64,000 nucleotides of DNA, taken from positions 2,561 to 66,560 of IMG/VR virus record IMGVR_UViG_3300027816_000098; one strand, written 5' to 3'. The stretch comes from a virus. The notes beneath the pieces were generated by a model, which was not told where the DNA came from, made no database searches, and worked only from the letters and a program-made list of their open reading frames with translations. The first letter of the stretch is position 1. The number at the start of each line of letters is the position of its first letter. Of the stretch, positions 39,581-48,426 are shown one piece after another. A program made the position numbers and the translations under genes.

Positions 39581-41521
39581 CTACTTAGTAATATCAACTA
39601 TTTCACATACCCCAGCAACACAAGATAATTCTTGAGTTCCAGTTGTACCGTCTTCTGTTTCATATATAGAGAGCATTTCCCATTGAATATTTTCAGGGGA
39701 TTTTTTAACCCACTCTTCATATTGATCTTTATTAATTTCTTGATATGGTGCTTGCTTGTATGTGTGTTCGCTTGCTGGTAAAAATGATACCCCACCAATT
39801 GAATCAAAATTGTCAAATACCCATGCTCCAACTCTTAACCACTCATCTTCGTGAACGTTAATAGTAACGCTTGGATTATGCTCTGTCCAGTGAGTTCTAT
39901 AAATCTTCCACATTTCAAGATGATCTATTGCTGTTAGGGTCTTTGTTATAGTAGCATTTTTAGGTGCTTTTTGTGGAAAATAAAATACAGTTGTTTCTTC
40001 TGGCTTCATTACGTCTGGTTCATTTGGAACTCCAGAATCTTTTAAGAATTGTGTTAGTGGATCATTATTTGCACCACGAACGCTTCTTAAGTAATATTCA
40101 GAGTACCAAGGATGAATACCACTAGACACCCCGACCAATTGACTTACAGTGCCAGAAGGCTTAACGCAAGTAATAGATGCAGATGGATTAATGTTTAACT
40201 TTTTTGCTTCGTGTTCATTAACTCTAACTGCTTCCATTCTCATGTCAGTCAATAACTGTTCTAACGGTTTTCCAGGAGTAGAAGTTATTTTGTTTCCATA
40301 GATACCTGTTAGTGAAACACCCAACAATCTTTCTTCTTCACAGTTATCTTTCCAAGATTTTCTAATATATTTAAAATCTGTTAATGTTGATTGCCATGTT
40401 CCAAGAATAGTTGCTAATCTAACTTTATCTAATAGTTCATCTCTTGTATCATCAGCACTAATTACTACCTCAGTTAAATTACAAAATTCATTGGGACGTA
40501 AAATAATTTCTCCACATGGGTTTGTACCTGCAACAAGTGAAGCATCTCTACGACCAAATGATTCAACATGTCTGCGAACAGAGTCCATATTAAAAATGCC
40601 ACGTTCTCCAGATTTAGATTCATATAAGTTTCTCCATTCACGGAGGAATTGTGCAACGCTTGGTTTAGCGTGATAAACAGCAGAATTGTTTGCCAAAGCA
40701 CGTTGACCATTTTGTTCCCACCATGATCCACTTTTTGCTTTTGCCATTTCGAAATCATCTAAGTTAGATAAACTAATAAGAGCACTTCTACGAACTCCTC
40801 CAACAACAACAACTTCTCCAACCTTACACATAATGTCGTGTGCTTCAATTGGTTTTAGTCTACGACCTGCAGCATTTCTAAAAGTGTCTGTTACAAATAC
40901 AAATAGAGCATTAAGTGGTCCAGGACCAGACGCACGCCCACCAAAAGTTTTTAATCTTGCACCTGATGGTCTAACCTTTGACATATCCCAATTTGGAATT
41001 TGTCCTTGATAAAGTAAGGCAATTAATTCTTTTAATGCTTTAGCCCATCCAAGTTTAGAATCTTCTACAACAATAGTTGTTTCTGTTTGATTAAATGATT
41101 CAGCAATTACTGGAAGTTCATCAACGTATTTTGATTCAACAGAAAATCCAACACCAGTTCCATTCATAAGAATATACATTGCTTCATCAAATGCACGAGG
41201 GCTATCAACAGCGATGAATGAACAGTTGTATGCTGCAATATGATCACGTTCTAGGGCAGGTCCTGCTGTCATTAGAGCACGCATTGATGGCATAACTTTA
41301 TGATTTAAAATTGCATCTTTTACTTCGTCAAATATTTTAGAATTTGGACTATATCCATAGTTTAGTACTAAATGGTCTTTCATAAAGTTCATTAGCCTGT
41401 TGACTGTTTCAGCCCAGGTTTCTCTACGATTCTCGTTTGATAACCATCTAGCATACCTAGAGATATGGATAAAATTCTTGTATGGATCTGTTATCGATCC
41501 TTTTTCATTAATAAATGACAA
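39581..41521 (-). CDS. nrdJ: Ribonucleotide reductase, class II (adenosylcobalamin-dependent)
   Basis: YNCSF, GGVRRSA, TNPCGE, TCVKPSGT, HNPS and C-terminal CVAGVC; no beta subunit nearby; likely TTG start at 41521 after GGAAG. Confidence 0.92.
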   Translation of the reverse strand: MSFINEKGSITDPYKNFIHISRYARWLSNENRRETWAETVNRLMNFMKDHLVLNYGYSPNSKIFDEVKDAILNHKVMPSMRALMTAGPALERDHIAAYNCSFIAVDSPRAFDEAMYILMNGTGVGFSVESKYVDELPVIAESFNQTETTIVVEDSKLGWAKALKELIALLYQGQIPNWDMSKVRPSGARLKTFGGRASGPGPLNALFVFVTDTFRNAAGRRLKPIEAHDIMCKVGEVVVVGGVRRSALISLSNLDDFEMAKAKSGSWWEQNGQRALANNSAVYHAKPSVAQFLREWRNLYESKSGERGIFNMDSVRRHVESFGRRDASLVAGTNPCGEIILRPNEFCNLTEVVISADDTRDELLDKVRLATILGTWQSTLTDFKYIRKSWKDNCEEERLLGVSLTGIYGNKITSTPGKPLEQLLTDMRMEAVRVNEHEAKKLNINPSASITCVKPSGTVSQLVGVSSGIHPWYSEYYLRSVRGANNDPLTQFLKDSGVPNEPDVMKPEETTVFYFPQKAPKNATITKTLTAIDHLEMWKIYRTHWTEHNPSVTINVHEDEWLRVGAWVFDNFDSIGGVSFLPASEHTYKQAPYQEINKDQYEEWVKKSPENIQWEMLSIYETEDGTTGTQELSCVAGVCEIVDITK

Positions 41522-41596
41522 AATAAAACACTTCCTTTTGATTTTTTTAAGAGTTAATGATATCATTGTACTAGAGTTTTAAAGAAAGGTCAAATC

Positions 41597-41821
41597 ATGT
41601 TATCAATACAGGAAGTTAACTTTTATAACAGTTTAGTTGAAAAGAACCTTGTTGGCAAAATCAACTGCCCCTTTGACGAAAACGACATTGTTGTAAGCAA
41701 GGTAAACTCTAAAGATGAGGTTTACTTTGAGTGCATATCTTGTCAGACATCGTTTGAAGTAGGAATCAAAGTAGAAAATATTATTAAAACTACTATTGAC
41801 AAATATAAAAATCAAAGATAA
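41597..41821 (+). CDS. Small zinc-ribbon protein
   Basis: CPFD...CISC motif; AAAGG RBS. Confidence 0.7.
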   Translation: MLSIQEVNFYNSLVEKNLVGKINCPFDENDIVVSKVNSKDEVYFECISCQTSFEVGIKVENIIKTTIDKYKNQR

Positions 41822-41824
41822 ACT
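41796..41824 (+). promoter_or_regulatory. Consensus sigma70-type promoter
   Basis: TTGACA-17 nt-TAAACT. Confidence 0.65.
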
Positions 41825-41828
41825 TGAT

Positions 41829-41930
41829 GGGTGGATAGGGTGGGAATAGATTAAATATATATAATATTAATAAAATAATAATATTAAAATATAATTAAAT
41901 ATCTATATATGTATATATGTGTATATGTGA
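41829..41930. other. Candidate replication origin / DNA unwinding element
   Basis: G-rich GGGTGGATAGGGTGGG followed by 53 consecutive A/T bases (41850-41902) in the longest non-coding gap. Confidence 0.45.
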
Positions 41931-41936
41931 AAAGTT

Positions 41937-41994
41937 TGTGACATATATCACTTTTTAAAAAATAGTTGATTTTCTAGAATATATGGGTTATACT
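41937..41994 (+). promoter_or_regulatory. CRP-like box plus sigma70 promoter of the transglycosylase gene
   Basis: TGTGA-N6-TCACT at 41937-41952; TTGATT-17-TATACT at 41966-41994. Confidence 0.55.
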
Positions 41995-42031
41995 AGTATG
42001 GTAACTAAATACTTCTTCAAGGAGGTAACTT

Positions 42032-42541
42032 ATGAAGAGTGTAATATTAGCAACTTTAGCATTTATTTTTGTAGGAACATATTCTAATTATGTAGATAGA
42101 CATAGACCAATTTATACCGCTGAACCTTTGGTGGCTGTCGAACAAGGACAGGCCACCTTTAGCCCTTTAAAGGGGCTTGTAGAGGCTCGTGAGAGCAATG
42201 CTACAACAGCCAGCAGATCTAGAGCACAGTTCACAGATCCAGACTCACAGAAGGCCATATTGGCTTATCAACAATACATAAAAGATAGTGTTCCATCAAA
42301 AGAATTATCTTGCTATTTTAATATCATTGATAGAGAGTCAAAATGGAACCCTCTTGCAGACAATCCAAAATCAACTGCGTTTGGTCTAGCACAATTTTTA
42401 AATAGTACTTGGGAAATAGTTGACTCAAAGAAAACTAAAGACCCATATGCTCAAATTGATGCAATGATCAAATATGTAAATCTAGTTTATGGTGATGGAT
42501 GTAAGGCTTGGGAATTTAGGCAGTATAAAGGCTGGTACTAA
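42032..42541 (+). CDS. Secreted lytic transglycosylase (SLT/Rpf-like)
   Basis: N-terminal signal/TM segment; IIDRESKWNPLADNPKSTAFGLAQF...QIDAMIKYV..YG..CKAW...GWY signature. Confidence 0.88.
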   Translation: MKSVILATLAFIFVGTYSNYVDRHRPIYTAEPLVAVEQGQATFSPLKGLVEARESNATTASRSRAQFTDPDSQKAILAYQQYIKDSVPSKELSCYFNIIDRESKWNPLADNPKSTAFGLAQFLNSTWEIVDSKKTKDPYAQIDAMIKYVNLVYGDGCKAWEFRQYKGWY

Positions 42542-43056
42542 GGCTTCTTGCCAAAAATCAAGGAAGAATTATTTGTAGCATTTTGATTGAATGCTCTATC
42601 ATAATAGGTCTTATCCTTTGATGATTTTCTTTCATTATTTTCTTGATGCTTTAATATTTCTTCATATTCAGGATTAAAATATTTAACTATTGCTTCTCCT
42701 ATAATAGTTCCATACTTATTTTGATCTATAGTATCATTTTGTCTACATACATTAATAGTTAAGGTTAAATACTCTTTACTACCCCCGTTATTTTGTGGGT
42801 ATGTGCAACTGATTAAACTATCTCTAAAGTTCTTAGTTATTGACTTTCCTAGGTTAATGGCAAGTTCATTTTCATCATATACGTAAATAATTGGATCCTT
42901 GCTACCCAGTTGCCTTTCTTTTCCTAACTCTATGGTCAGGTCTGCCTGGTTTTGAAAAAGTGCCTTCCTGTGCCCGCTATGGCTCTTTAAGAAGTCTTCT
43001 ATAACTGTTGCTAAAGGCTTTAATTCATCTATTGCAGAAAAGTAAAATTTTGCCAT
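42538..43056 (-). CDS. Hypothetical protein, possibly a degenerate amidase_3 fold
   Basis: ADLTIEL / IYVY / LGKSI / IGEAIVKYF spacing resembles the amidase_3 fold, but the catalytic His/Glu are not evident. Confidence 0.5.
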   Translation of the reverse strand: MAKFYFSAIDELKPLATVIEDFLKSHSGHRKALFQNQADLTIELGKERQLGSKDPIIYVYDENELAINLGKSITKNFRDSLISCTYPQNNGGSKEYLTLTINVCRQNDTIDQNKYGTIIGEAIVKYFNPEYEEILKHQENNERKSSKDKTYYDRAFNQNATNNSSLIFGKKP

Positions 43057-43063
43057 ACATTAA

Positions 43064-44152
43064 TTATAACGCAAGAATTTTGTCAAATGTCTCTTCCCAG
43101 TCAGCGGCTCTTGCTTCCATACTAAACTTTTCTTTTACTATCTCTCTATTCTTTTCTCTTTCTTCTTTTCTTACTTTAGGATTCAACAGTTCTTCTGCAT
43201 GCTGTAGCCATTCGTTAGCATCTTTTGCTATTCTACCAACACCTTGTTCTGCTAGGTAAACATATTCAGGGCTTGGGCTAGCAATAAAAGGTATACCTGC
43301 TGCGGTATATTCAAGACCTTTTATAAAAGATTTAGCGTCATTAAAATCTAGGTTTGTTAAAGGAACTATGCCAACATCAATTTTTCTAAATAGTTCTGGA
43401 TATGTTAATATTGGCTTCATTGGCTCATGGGTAAAATATTTTTTATCTAAACCTATTTGTTTATATACTTCTGGAGCATTTAAAATACTTCCTGAATGAT
43501 GAAACTTGCAATGTTGATTTTCTATAAATTTTCCAAAGTATGGATTAAGATTTTCTAAATCGCCACTACGCCATGGAGTTGCACCAACCCAACCATATGT
43601 TGGCAAATGTCCAGAATGATCAGTTCTTGGTGTCCACCTATCTAAATCAATTCCATTCCTTACTAAATATACTGGCTTGTCTGGATGCTTCTTTTGATAA
43701 TATTCTTGAAGAAATGGTGTAGATGTAATTAAAGCAGTGGCTTTTTCTATAATCTTAAAGTAGTGCTCTCTATTATTATTTGGATTCTTATTAGGATCAG
43801 TCATTGTGTATGCAAGATTAGTTTTAGCAAGACCCTCCATGTGATCATCTAAATCTACAACAATCTTTTGACCCATAGCCAACGCTTTGTCTACCTGTTC
43901 TACAACCTTTTCTAACATGATAAGTTTAAGAACAACTATGTCCCAACCATGTATTGCTTGTTGATCTGGTATTAATATTCCAAAACCATATTTATCATTG
44001 TATCCTGGCATTCCCATACCAGCCTCATACTTATCTTTTTTTAATTGCTGTAGTGGCAAATAACATCTATACCAAGCACAACCATTTGGTTGTATAGGTT
44101 TTAGTCCAAAAGCCCAATCATAGGTTAAAAATCCAATTGTTGGTCTATTCAT
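43064..44152 (-). CDS. Glycosyltransferase (GT-B, GT4-like)
   Basis: GCAWYRCYLP, VVDLDD, STPFL, NGID, GWVG, DVGIVPL...FNDAKSFIKGLEYTAAGIPFIAS. Confidence 0.9.
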   Translation of the reverse strand: MNRPTIGFLTYDWAFGLKPIQPNGCAWYRCYLPLQQLKKDKYEAGMGMPGYNDKYGFGILIPDQQAIHGWDIVVLKLIMLEKVVEQVDKALAMGQKIVVDLDDHMEGLAKTNLAYTMTDPNKNPNNNREHYFKIIEKATALITSTPFLQEYYQKKHPDKPVYLVRNGIDLDRWTPRTDHSGHLPTYGWVGATPWRSGDLENLNPYFGKFIENQHCKFHHSGSILNAPEVYKQIGLDKKYFTHEPMKPILTYPELFRKIDVGIVPLTNLDFNDAKSFIKGLEYTAAGIPFIASPSPEYVYLAEQGVGRIAKDANEWLQHAEELLNPKVRKEEREKNREIVKEKFSMEARAADWEETFDKILAL

Positions 44153-44424
44153 TAATTAATGCTTTCTTTATTTGGTTTTGGCATAGAAAAGGTGCCATCT
44201 TTATATTTCCAACCTACATGAGGACCATTTAAAAATGGATCTTTGTTTGTAATCTCAACTATCGTTGGATTGCTTTGTAATATTGCTGCCATTCTTTCAT
44301 CACACATAAAGGTTTGAACAACCTCATCATCTATAATAAATGCTAAAACTATTTGTCCGTTATATATTTTGTCAGTAGATATTTGAATACCTTGTGAAGT
44401 TCTGTCTTTCTTTACAGATGGCAT
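44152..44424 (-). CDS. Small hypothetical protein (fibre-chaperone-like GWxYxxxxF end)
   Basis: Likely start MPSVKK at 44424 (track 44544). Confidence 0.6.
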   Translation of the reverse strand: MPSVKKDRTSQGIQISTDKIYNGQIVLAFIIDDEVVQTFMCDERMAAILQSNPTIVEITNKDPFLNGPHVGWKYKDGTFSMPKPNKESIN

Positions 44425-44425
44425 A

Positions 44426-44662
44426 TTACCATTTTCCCATAGGACATGTTGCATGAGAGAGTTGAACTTTAAGATCCATAAAGCATCCACATTCCTTACA
44501 TTGACGGGTTGGTTTAAATAGTCTATCACAGTCCAAGCAAACATTCAAGCGTTTATCTGATTCTTCTTTAGAAAGTTTTTCTATATTAGGATTTATCATA
44601 TCCCAAGGGCGAACGGTATCTCCTTGGCTTTTTTCTTTCCAAATCTCCCACTTGCTTGTCAT
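44426..44662 (-). CDS. Small Cys-rich protein (DUF6171-like)
   Basis: RLNVCLDC...QCKECGCFM..K......CPMGKW. Confidence 0.75.
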   Translation of the reverse strand: MTSKWEIWKEKSQGDTVRPWDMINPNIEKLSKEESDKRLNVCLDCDRLFKPTRQCKECGCFMDLKVQLSHATCPMGKW

Positions 44663-45465
44663 TATGAACCTACTATCGATATATCTTGAATAGCAGAAGA
44701 CTCCAAATAATTACTTCCTGGAACAAAAATAATACCAGATTGATGCCCTTTGTTAGGACTAGGGGCGGTATAAGAAATAGAACTTCCGTAAAAATTATTA
44801 GAGTCATCTCTACCTCTAATAGTTATAACGTCTCCAGAAGTACTTATCTGTATTCCATTAATATTATCATTGCTGGCAATAGTACAAGGAGAAAAAGATG
44901 TAGAAGCGTTACATGTACTTCTTAAGAGTAAGTTTGTAACATCAGATACAGTTCCATTTACTGAATTTAATAGTCTAACATAAAAATTATATCTTGTTCT
45001 TGTTCCATAATTGTACCCTGTTGAGCACGACTCACATCCCCAAGGAAATCCATTTGCATCTTTTCCGTAACAAAAACCTCTAGGTACGCAATTTTCATAA
45101 CTGCCAGTAATATAACTCTCAGACCCCTGTGTATAGTAAGTAACGCCAGCCCACCAGTTATCTTGATCTTGAAGCCAAAAAACTACTCCAGCACCTGCTG
45201 AAGAAAGAGACATTGTTGCTGTTATATCTTGAGATCTTAAATCAAAACTTGTTAATATTGGATAAGAACTTGAAGAAGTAGAAGTAGAGACTGTATCTCC
45301 ATCAGTTGTCCACGACCCTCTGATTGGATCCCAAGCATTTAAAATATTAAAGGTATCAGAGATGGATGGATTAAAATTTTTAACTTGTTGAGGTATTAAA
45401 CCTTTGATAGTGTTTTGTTTATTTAGTGTCTTAGACTGACCTAAAGTATTTGATCCGATTCTCAT
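44662..45465 (-). CDS. Putative virion protein (beta-sandwich with Cys-rich insert)
   Basis: Ser/Thr-rich; CVPRGFC...GCESC loop; leaderless promoter. Confidence 0.55.
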   Translation of the reverse strand: MRIGSNTLGQSKTLNKQNTIKGLIPQQVKNFNPSISDTFNILNAWDPIRGSWTTDGDTVSTSTSSSSYPILTSFDLRSQDITATMSLSSAGAGVVFWLQDQDNWWAGVTYYTQGSESYITGSYENCVPRGFCYGKDANGFPWGCESCSTGYNYGTRTRYNFYVRLLNSVNGTVSDVTNLLLRSTCNASTSFSPCTIASNDNINGIQISTSGDVITIRGRDDSNNFYGSSISYTAPSPNKGHQSGIIFVPGSNYLESSAIQDISIVGS

Positions 45466-45484
45466 ATATTAATTATACAATAGC

Positions 45485-45516
45485 AAAAGAGGGTAGAATC
45501 TCTCCTACCCCCTTTT
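45485..45516 (-). terminator. Intrinsic terminator after the holin-like gene
   Basis: AAAAGGGGGTAGGA-GAGA-TTCTACCCTCTTTT. Confidence 0.8.
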
Positions 45517-45524
45517 TTCTAATT

Positions 45525-45767
45525 TTATTTCTTTTTAGCAGATTTTGGTTCTGGCTTTGCACCAATACCAAATTTTGTATCTTTTGGATTAACTGCACGA
45601 AGAACAACCCAAACTGCTGCAGAAACTGCTGAGTTTAGAATTGTGCCTAAAGCATCTCCAGTTAAAGATGTTAGGTCTGCACCAGTAGCAACGAATTGTG
45701 TTACTAATGCGATAACAAATGCGTTCAAGGCTGATCCAAGAACTTTTTTGTTCAGTACTGATTCCAT
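45525..45767 (-). CDS. Holin-like small membrane protein
   Basis: Two hydrophobic helices, LRAVNPKDTKFG motif and basic C-terminus; own promoter and terminator. Confidence 0.7.
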   Translation of the reverse strand: MESVLNKKVLGSALNAFVIALVTQFVATGADLTSLTGDALGTILNSAVSAAVWVVLRAVNPKDTKFGIGAKPEPKSAKKK

Positions 45768-45829
45768 TAATATCCTCCTTTAGGACATTGATTATACAAT
45801 TGTACACCCTATAGTAAGTGGTGTCAATA

Positions 45830-46144
45830 CTATGATATTTCTAGGCCGCTTATATGAAAACTTACGTTAGCGTTGCTTGCTACCAGTCTAACGGTATTAG
45901 TAGCCACTAGAACCTGTTTTGCATCAATGATAACAGAATCTCTTGCTGGGACTGTTGATTCTACAGCCAAGCCTATGTTATTAAGAAAAATAGAGTAAGT
46001 TCTTGCGGTTGTATCGGAATTATTAACTACAATATTTGTAATTAAAGTTGTTGTTGCTGATGGTACTGTGTATACAGTACTTGCAGAAGTAGGAGATACT
46101 ACTGGTGTAGCACCTCTATATATTACTTTAAATGTATTAGCCAT
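45830..46144 (-). CDS. ~110-aa virion adaptor protein (paralog 1)
   Basis: VYTVP...ITNIVVNN...VPARDS...FHISGLEIS. Confidence 0.7.
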   Translation of the reverse strand: MANTFKVIYRGATPVVSPTSASTVYTVPSATTTLITNIVVNNSDTTARTYSIFLNNIGLAVESTVPARDSVIIDAKQVLVATNTVRLVASNANVSFHISGLEIS

Positions 46145-46151
46145 GATTCTC

Positions 46152-46751
46152 CTATAGTCCTAAAAGTGCTAGAACTTCTGTATTATCTATTCTACCACCT
46201 AAAGTTCCGTGTTCTTCTATCCCAACCCAAGCGGATCCAGACCAAATAGTCTGTTGATTTGTATCCTGAAGATATGCTAAAGTTCCCTCAACTGGAGCGG
46301 TAAGTGCTGAGTTTCTACTAGTTGAGTTAGTAAATATATTAATACCTTTATTTGCTTGCGTTGTATTGTCAAAAGTAGCAGTACCATTTAATGCAGTATT
46401 TCCAGTTACTGTTAATTGATCATTTACTGTTAAATCATCTCCAATAGTAACATCGTCAGGAAGACCTATTGTTACAAACCCAGTAGATGCTGAAAGACTT
46501 ATTTCGTTTGCTGTGCCACTTAATGTTAAAACAGCACTTGCGGCAATTCCTTCTAGCAATGTTTTAAAGGATGCTATATGAGCATGAATACTATCTGCTG
46601 CTGGGGTGTCTGTTGCCCCGTCAAAATTTTCTACACCAAAATGATAGGCTAAAAATGCTTCTCTAATGTTTGCTGGATCAGTCAATTCTGGAATTAGAGT
46701 ATCAAATTCCGTTGAAGGATAATTCGCTGCTATACTAATTAACTCTGCCAT
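46152..46751 (-). CDS. Virion fibre protein
   Basis: IPELTDPANI N-terminus; GTANEI..GLPDDVTI repeat; RNSAL..PVEGTLAYLQDT motif. Confidence 0.65.
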   Translation of the reverse strand: MAELISIAANYPSTEFDTLIPELTDPANIREAFLAYHFGVENFDGATDTPAADSIHAHIASFKTLLEGIAASAVLTLSGTANEISLSASTGFVTIGLPDDVTIGDDLTVNDQLTVTGNTALNGTATFDNTTQANKGINIFTNSTSRNSALTAPVEGTLAYLQDTNQQTIWSGSAWVGIEEHGTLGGRIDNTEVLALLGL

Positions 46752-46760
46752 ATATCTCCA

Positions 46761-48044
46761 TTATACAGGGAACGTATCCTTGAATTCATACTTAATTGTT
46801 GCAGGAAATGTTTCAGCATCTACAACATCTATAGCAAATACAATATCATCACCTATAATAGTATGTGTTACGATATAGTTTATAGTTCCAACATTTATAA
46901 CATCTGGCGTGCTAGAAGATACTGTTGTTCCATTGTGGATTATTCTTTCATCATGAAATAGGTAGTTTCCATTTTGACTTATCTGTATTTTTAAATCAAC
47001 TGTTCTTAATTGAGTCTTACTTACGGATCCCAACACAACAGATCCAGAAGAACTTTGAATTATTTCCTGAAGATCAAAAGTTGAATAGTTGTATTCTGTA
47101 ACAATATCAGCAGTATTTAAAATCATCTGCATAGAAGGTTGATTATCTGATATTAAATATAAAACATCGGGGGAGTTAAATGGTACCTTAAATATAATAT
47201 CTCCACTATCATCACCATTATTAGTTACACCATCATTATATATAGCACTTGCTGCATATGAATATGCACTTCTAATATAATTAGCATTTCCAGGTGTATT
47301 TACAGATATTTTATATAATTGTCCTCTTAGTAATTGTACTTCTTGTGTTTCTACCCCTCCAACATAATATGCTTCAGGGTGTAATAAACTTGTTATAAAT
47401 ACTTGTGTGTCTATATCAAAATATGTAAATGATGCTGATGTTGCTGAAGCACTTGTAATATCGTAAATATTGTAATATGTTGCTTCATTAATAGGTCCTT
47501 CTGGTCCAGTTGCACCAGCAGGCCCAGCAGGTCCAGCGTTTCCAATTGGTCCTGGAGGTCCAGCAGCACCTGTTGCTCCAGTTGCTCCAGTTGCTCCAGT
47601 TGCACCAGTTGGTAGTATTAAGTTTAAAAATGCACTTGCAGATGTTCCAGTAAAATAAGCACTTGCTGTTGCACCATTTGTAACTGAGCCAACTGCAATA
47701 TTTGTAAATGGTCCAGCGGCACCAGTAGCACCAGTTTCACCTTGTAATCCTCTTAGTCCAGATTCTAAAATAAATTGCCAAACGCTGTCATCGCCAGGAA
47801 CTGCAGTATATTGATAAATAGATCCATAATCTAAATCACCAGTGTTGCTATTAATAAATAAATCTCCAATTATAGGAGACTCATTTAAAAATACAACGCT
47901 GCCTGCACCAGTTGGTTGACCAGGTCCAGCAAATATATAACTTCCTCTATCACCTTTAGGACCAATATCTACTTGTAAATCAATTGAAGATGGAGGACCT
48001 ATAACTGTAATTTGATCTGTACTAACTACTGGACTAATTGCCAT
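46761..48044 (-). CDS. Collagen-like repeat fibre protein
   Basis: (G-X-Y)n runs such as GATGATGAAGPPGPIG. Confidence 0.85.
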   Translation of the reverse strand: MAISPVVSTDQITVIGPPSSIDLQVDIGPKGDRGSYIFAGPGQPTGAGSVVFLNESPIIGDLFINSNTGDLDYGSIYQYTAVPGDDSVWQFILESGLRGLQGETGATGAAGPFTNIAVGSVTNGATASAYFTGTSASAFLNLILPTGATGATGATGATGAAGPPGPIGNAGPAGPAGATGPEGPINEATYYNIYDITSASATSASFTYFDIDTQVFITSLLHPEAYYVGGVETQEVQLLRGQLYKISVNTPGNANYIRSAYSYAASAIYNDGVTNNGDDSGDIIFKVPFNSPDVLYLISDNQPSMQMILNTADIVTEYNYSTFDLQEIIQSSSGSVVLGSVSKTQLRTVDLKIQISQNGNYLFHDERIIHNGTTVSSSTPDVINVGTINYIVTHTIIGDDIVFAIDVVDAETFPATIKYEFKDTFPV

Positions 48045-48400
48045 TATGATTCCCCAGTTTTTCTAACATCCTGATTTACAGACAATGCTCCAGTTAATAT
48101 TGTATAAACAGTTGAAGAAGATGTTTTTGTAATTTCTAAATCGTAAACATAAGATGAGCCAGTTAATTGATTTCCAAATGTTGGAGTAATTTTACATGTA
48201 ATTGTATCTGTAGATGCGTCAACAGAAGCACTACCATATCCAATAAACTTTGTTGCATCTCCTCTTTCTGTTGCCACTATAAATAAACTAGTATATCCAG
48301 TTAAGTCAAACGCACTACCGTCTGGATTTTTAGGATTGACTACAAAGTCATATTGATCACCACGATAATATGAAATGTTGTATGTTGCAGGAAATGCCAT
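48044..48400 (-). CDS. BppU-N-like virion protein
   Basis: YRGD...FDLTGY...YVYDLEI...TILTG pattern. Confidence 0.65.
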   Translation of the reverse strand: MAFPATYNISYYRGDQYDFVVNPKNPDGSAFDLTGYTSLFIVATERGDATKFIGYGSASVDASTDTITCKITPTFGNQLTGSSYVYDLEITKTSSSTVYTILTGALSVNQDVRKTGES

Positions 48401-48426
48401 TTAATTCACCCTCCTTAATTATATCA

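Noticed and set aside
1246-40673. Many short + strand ORFs in the track overlapping long - strand genes
   Set aside because: They are nested antisense to well-supported genes, with no RBS or recognisable motifs.
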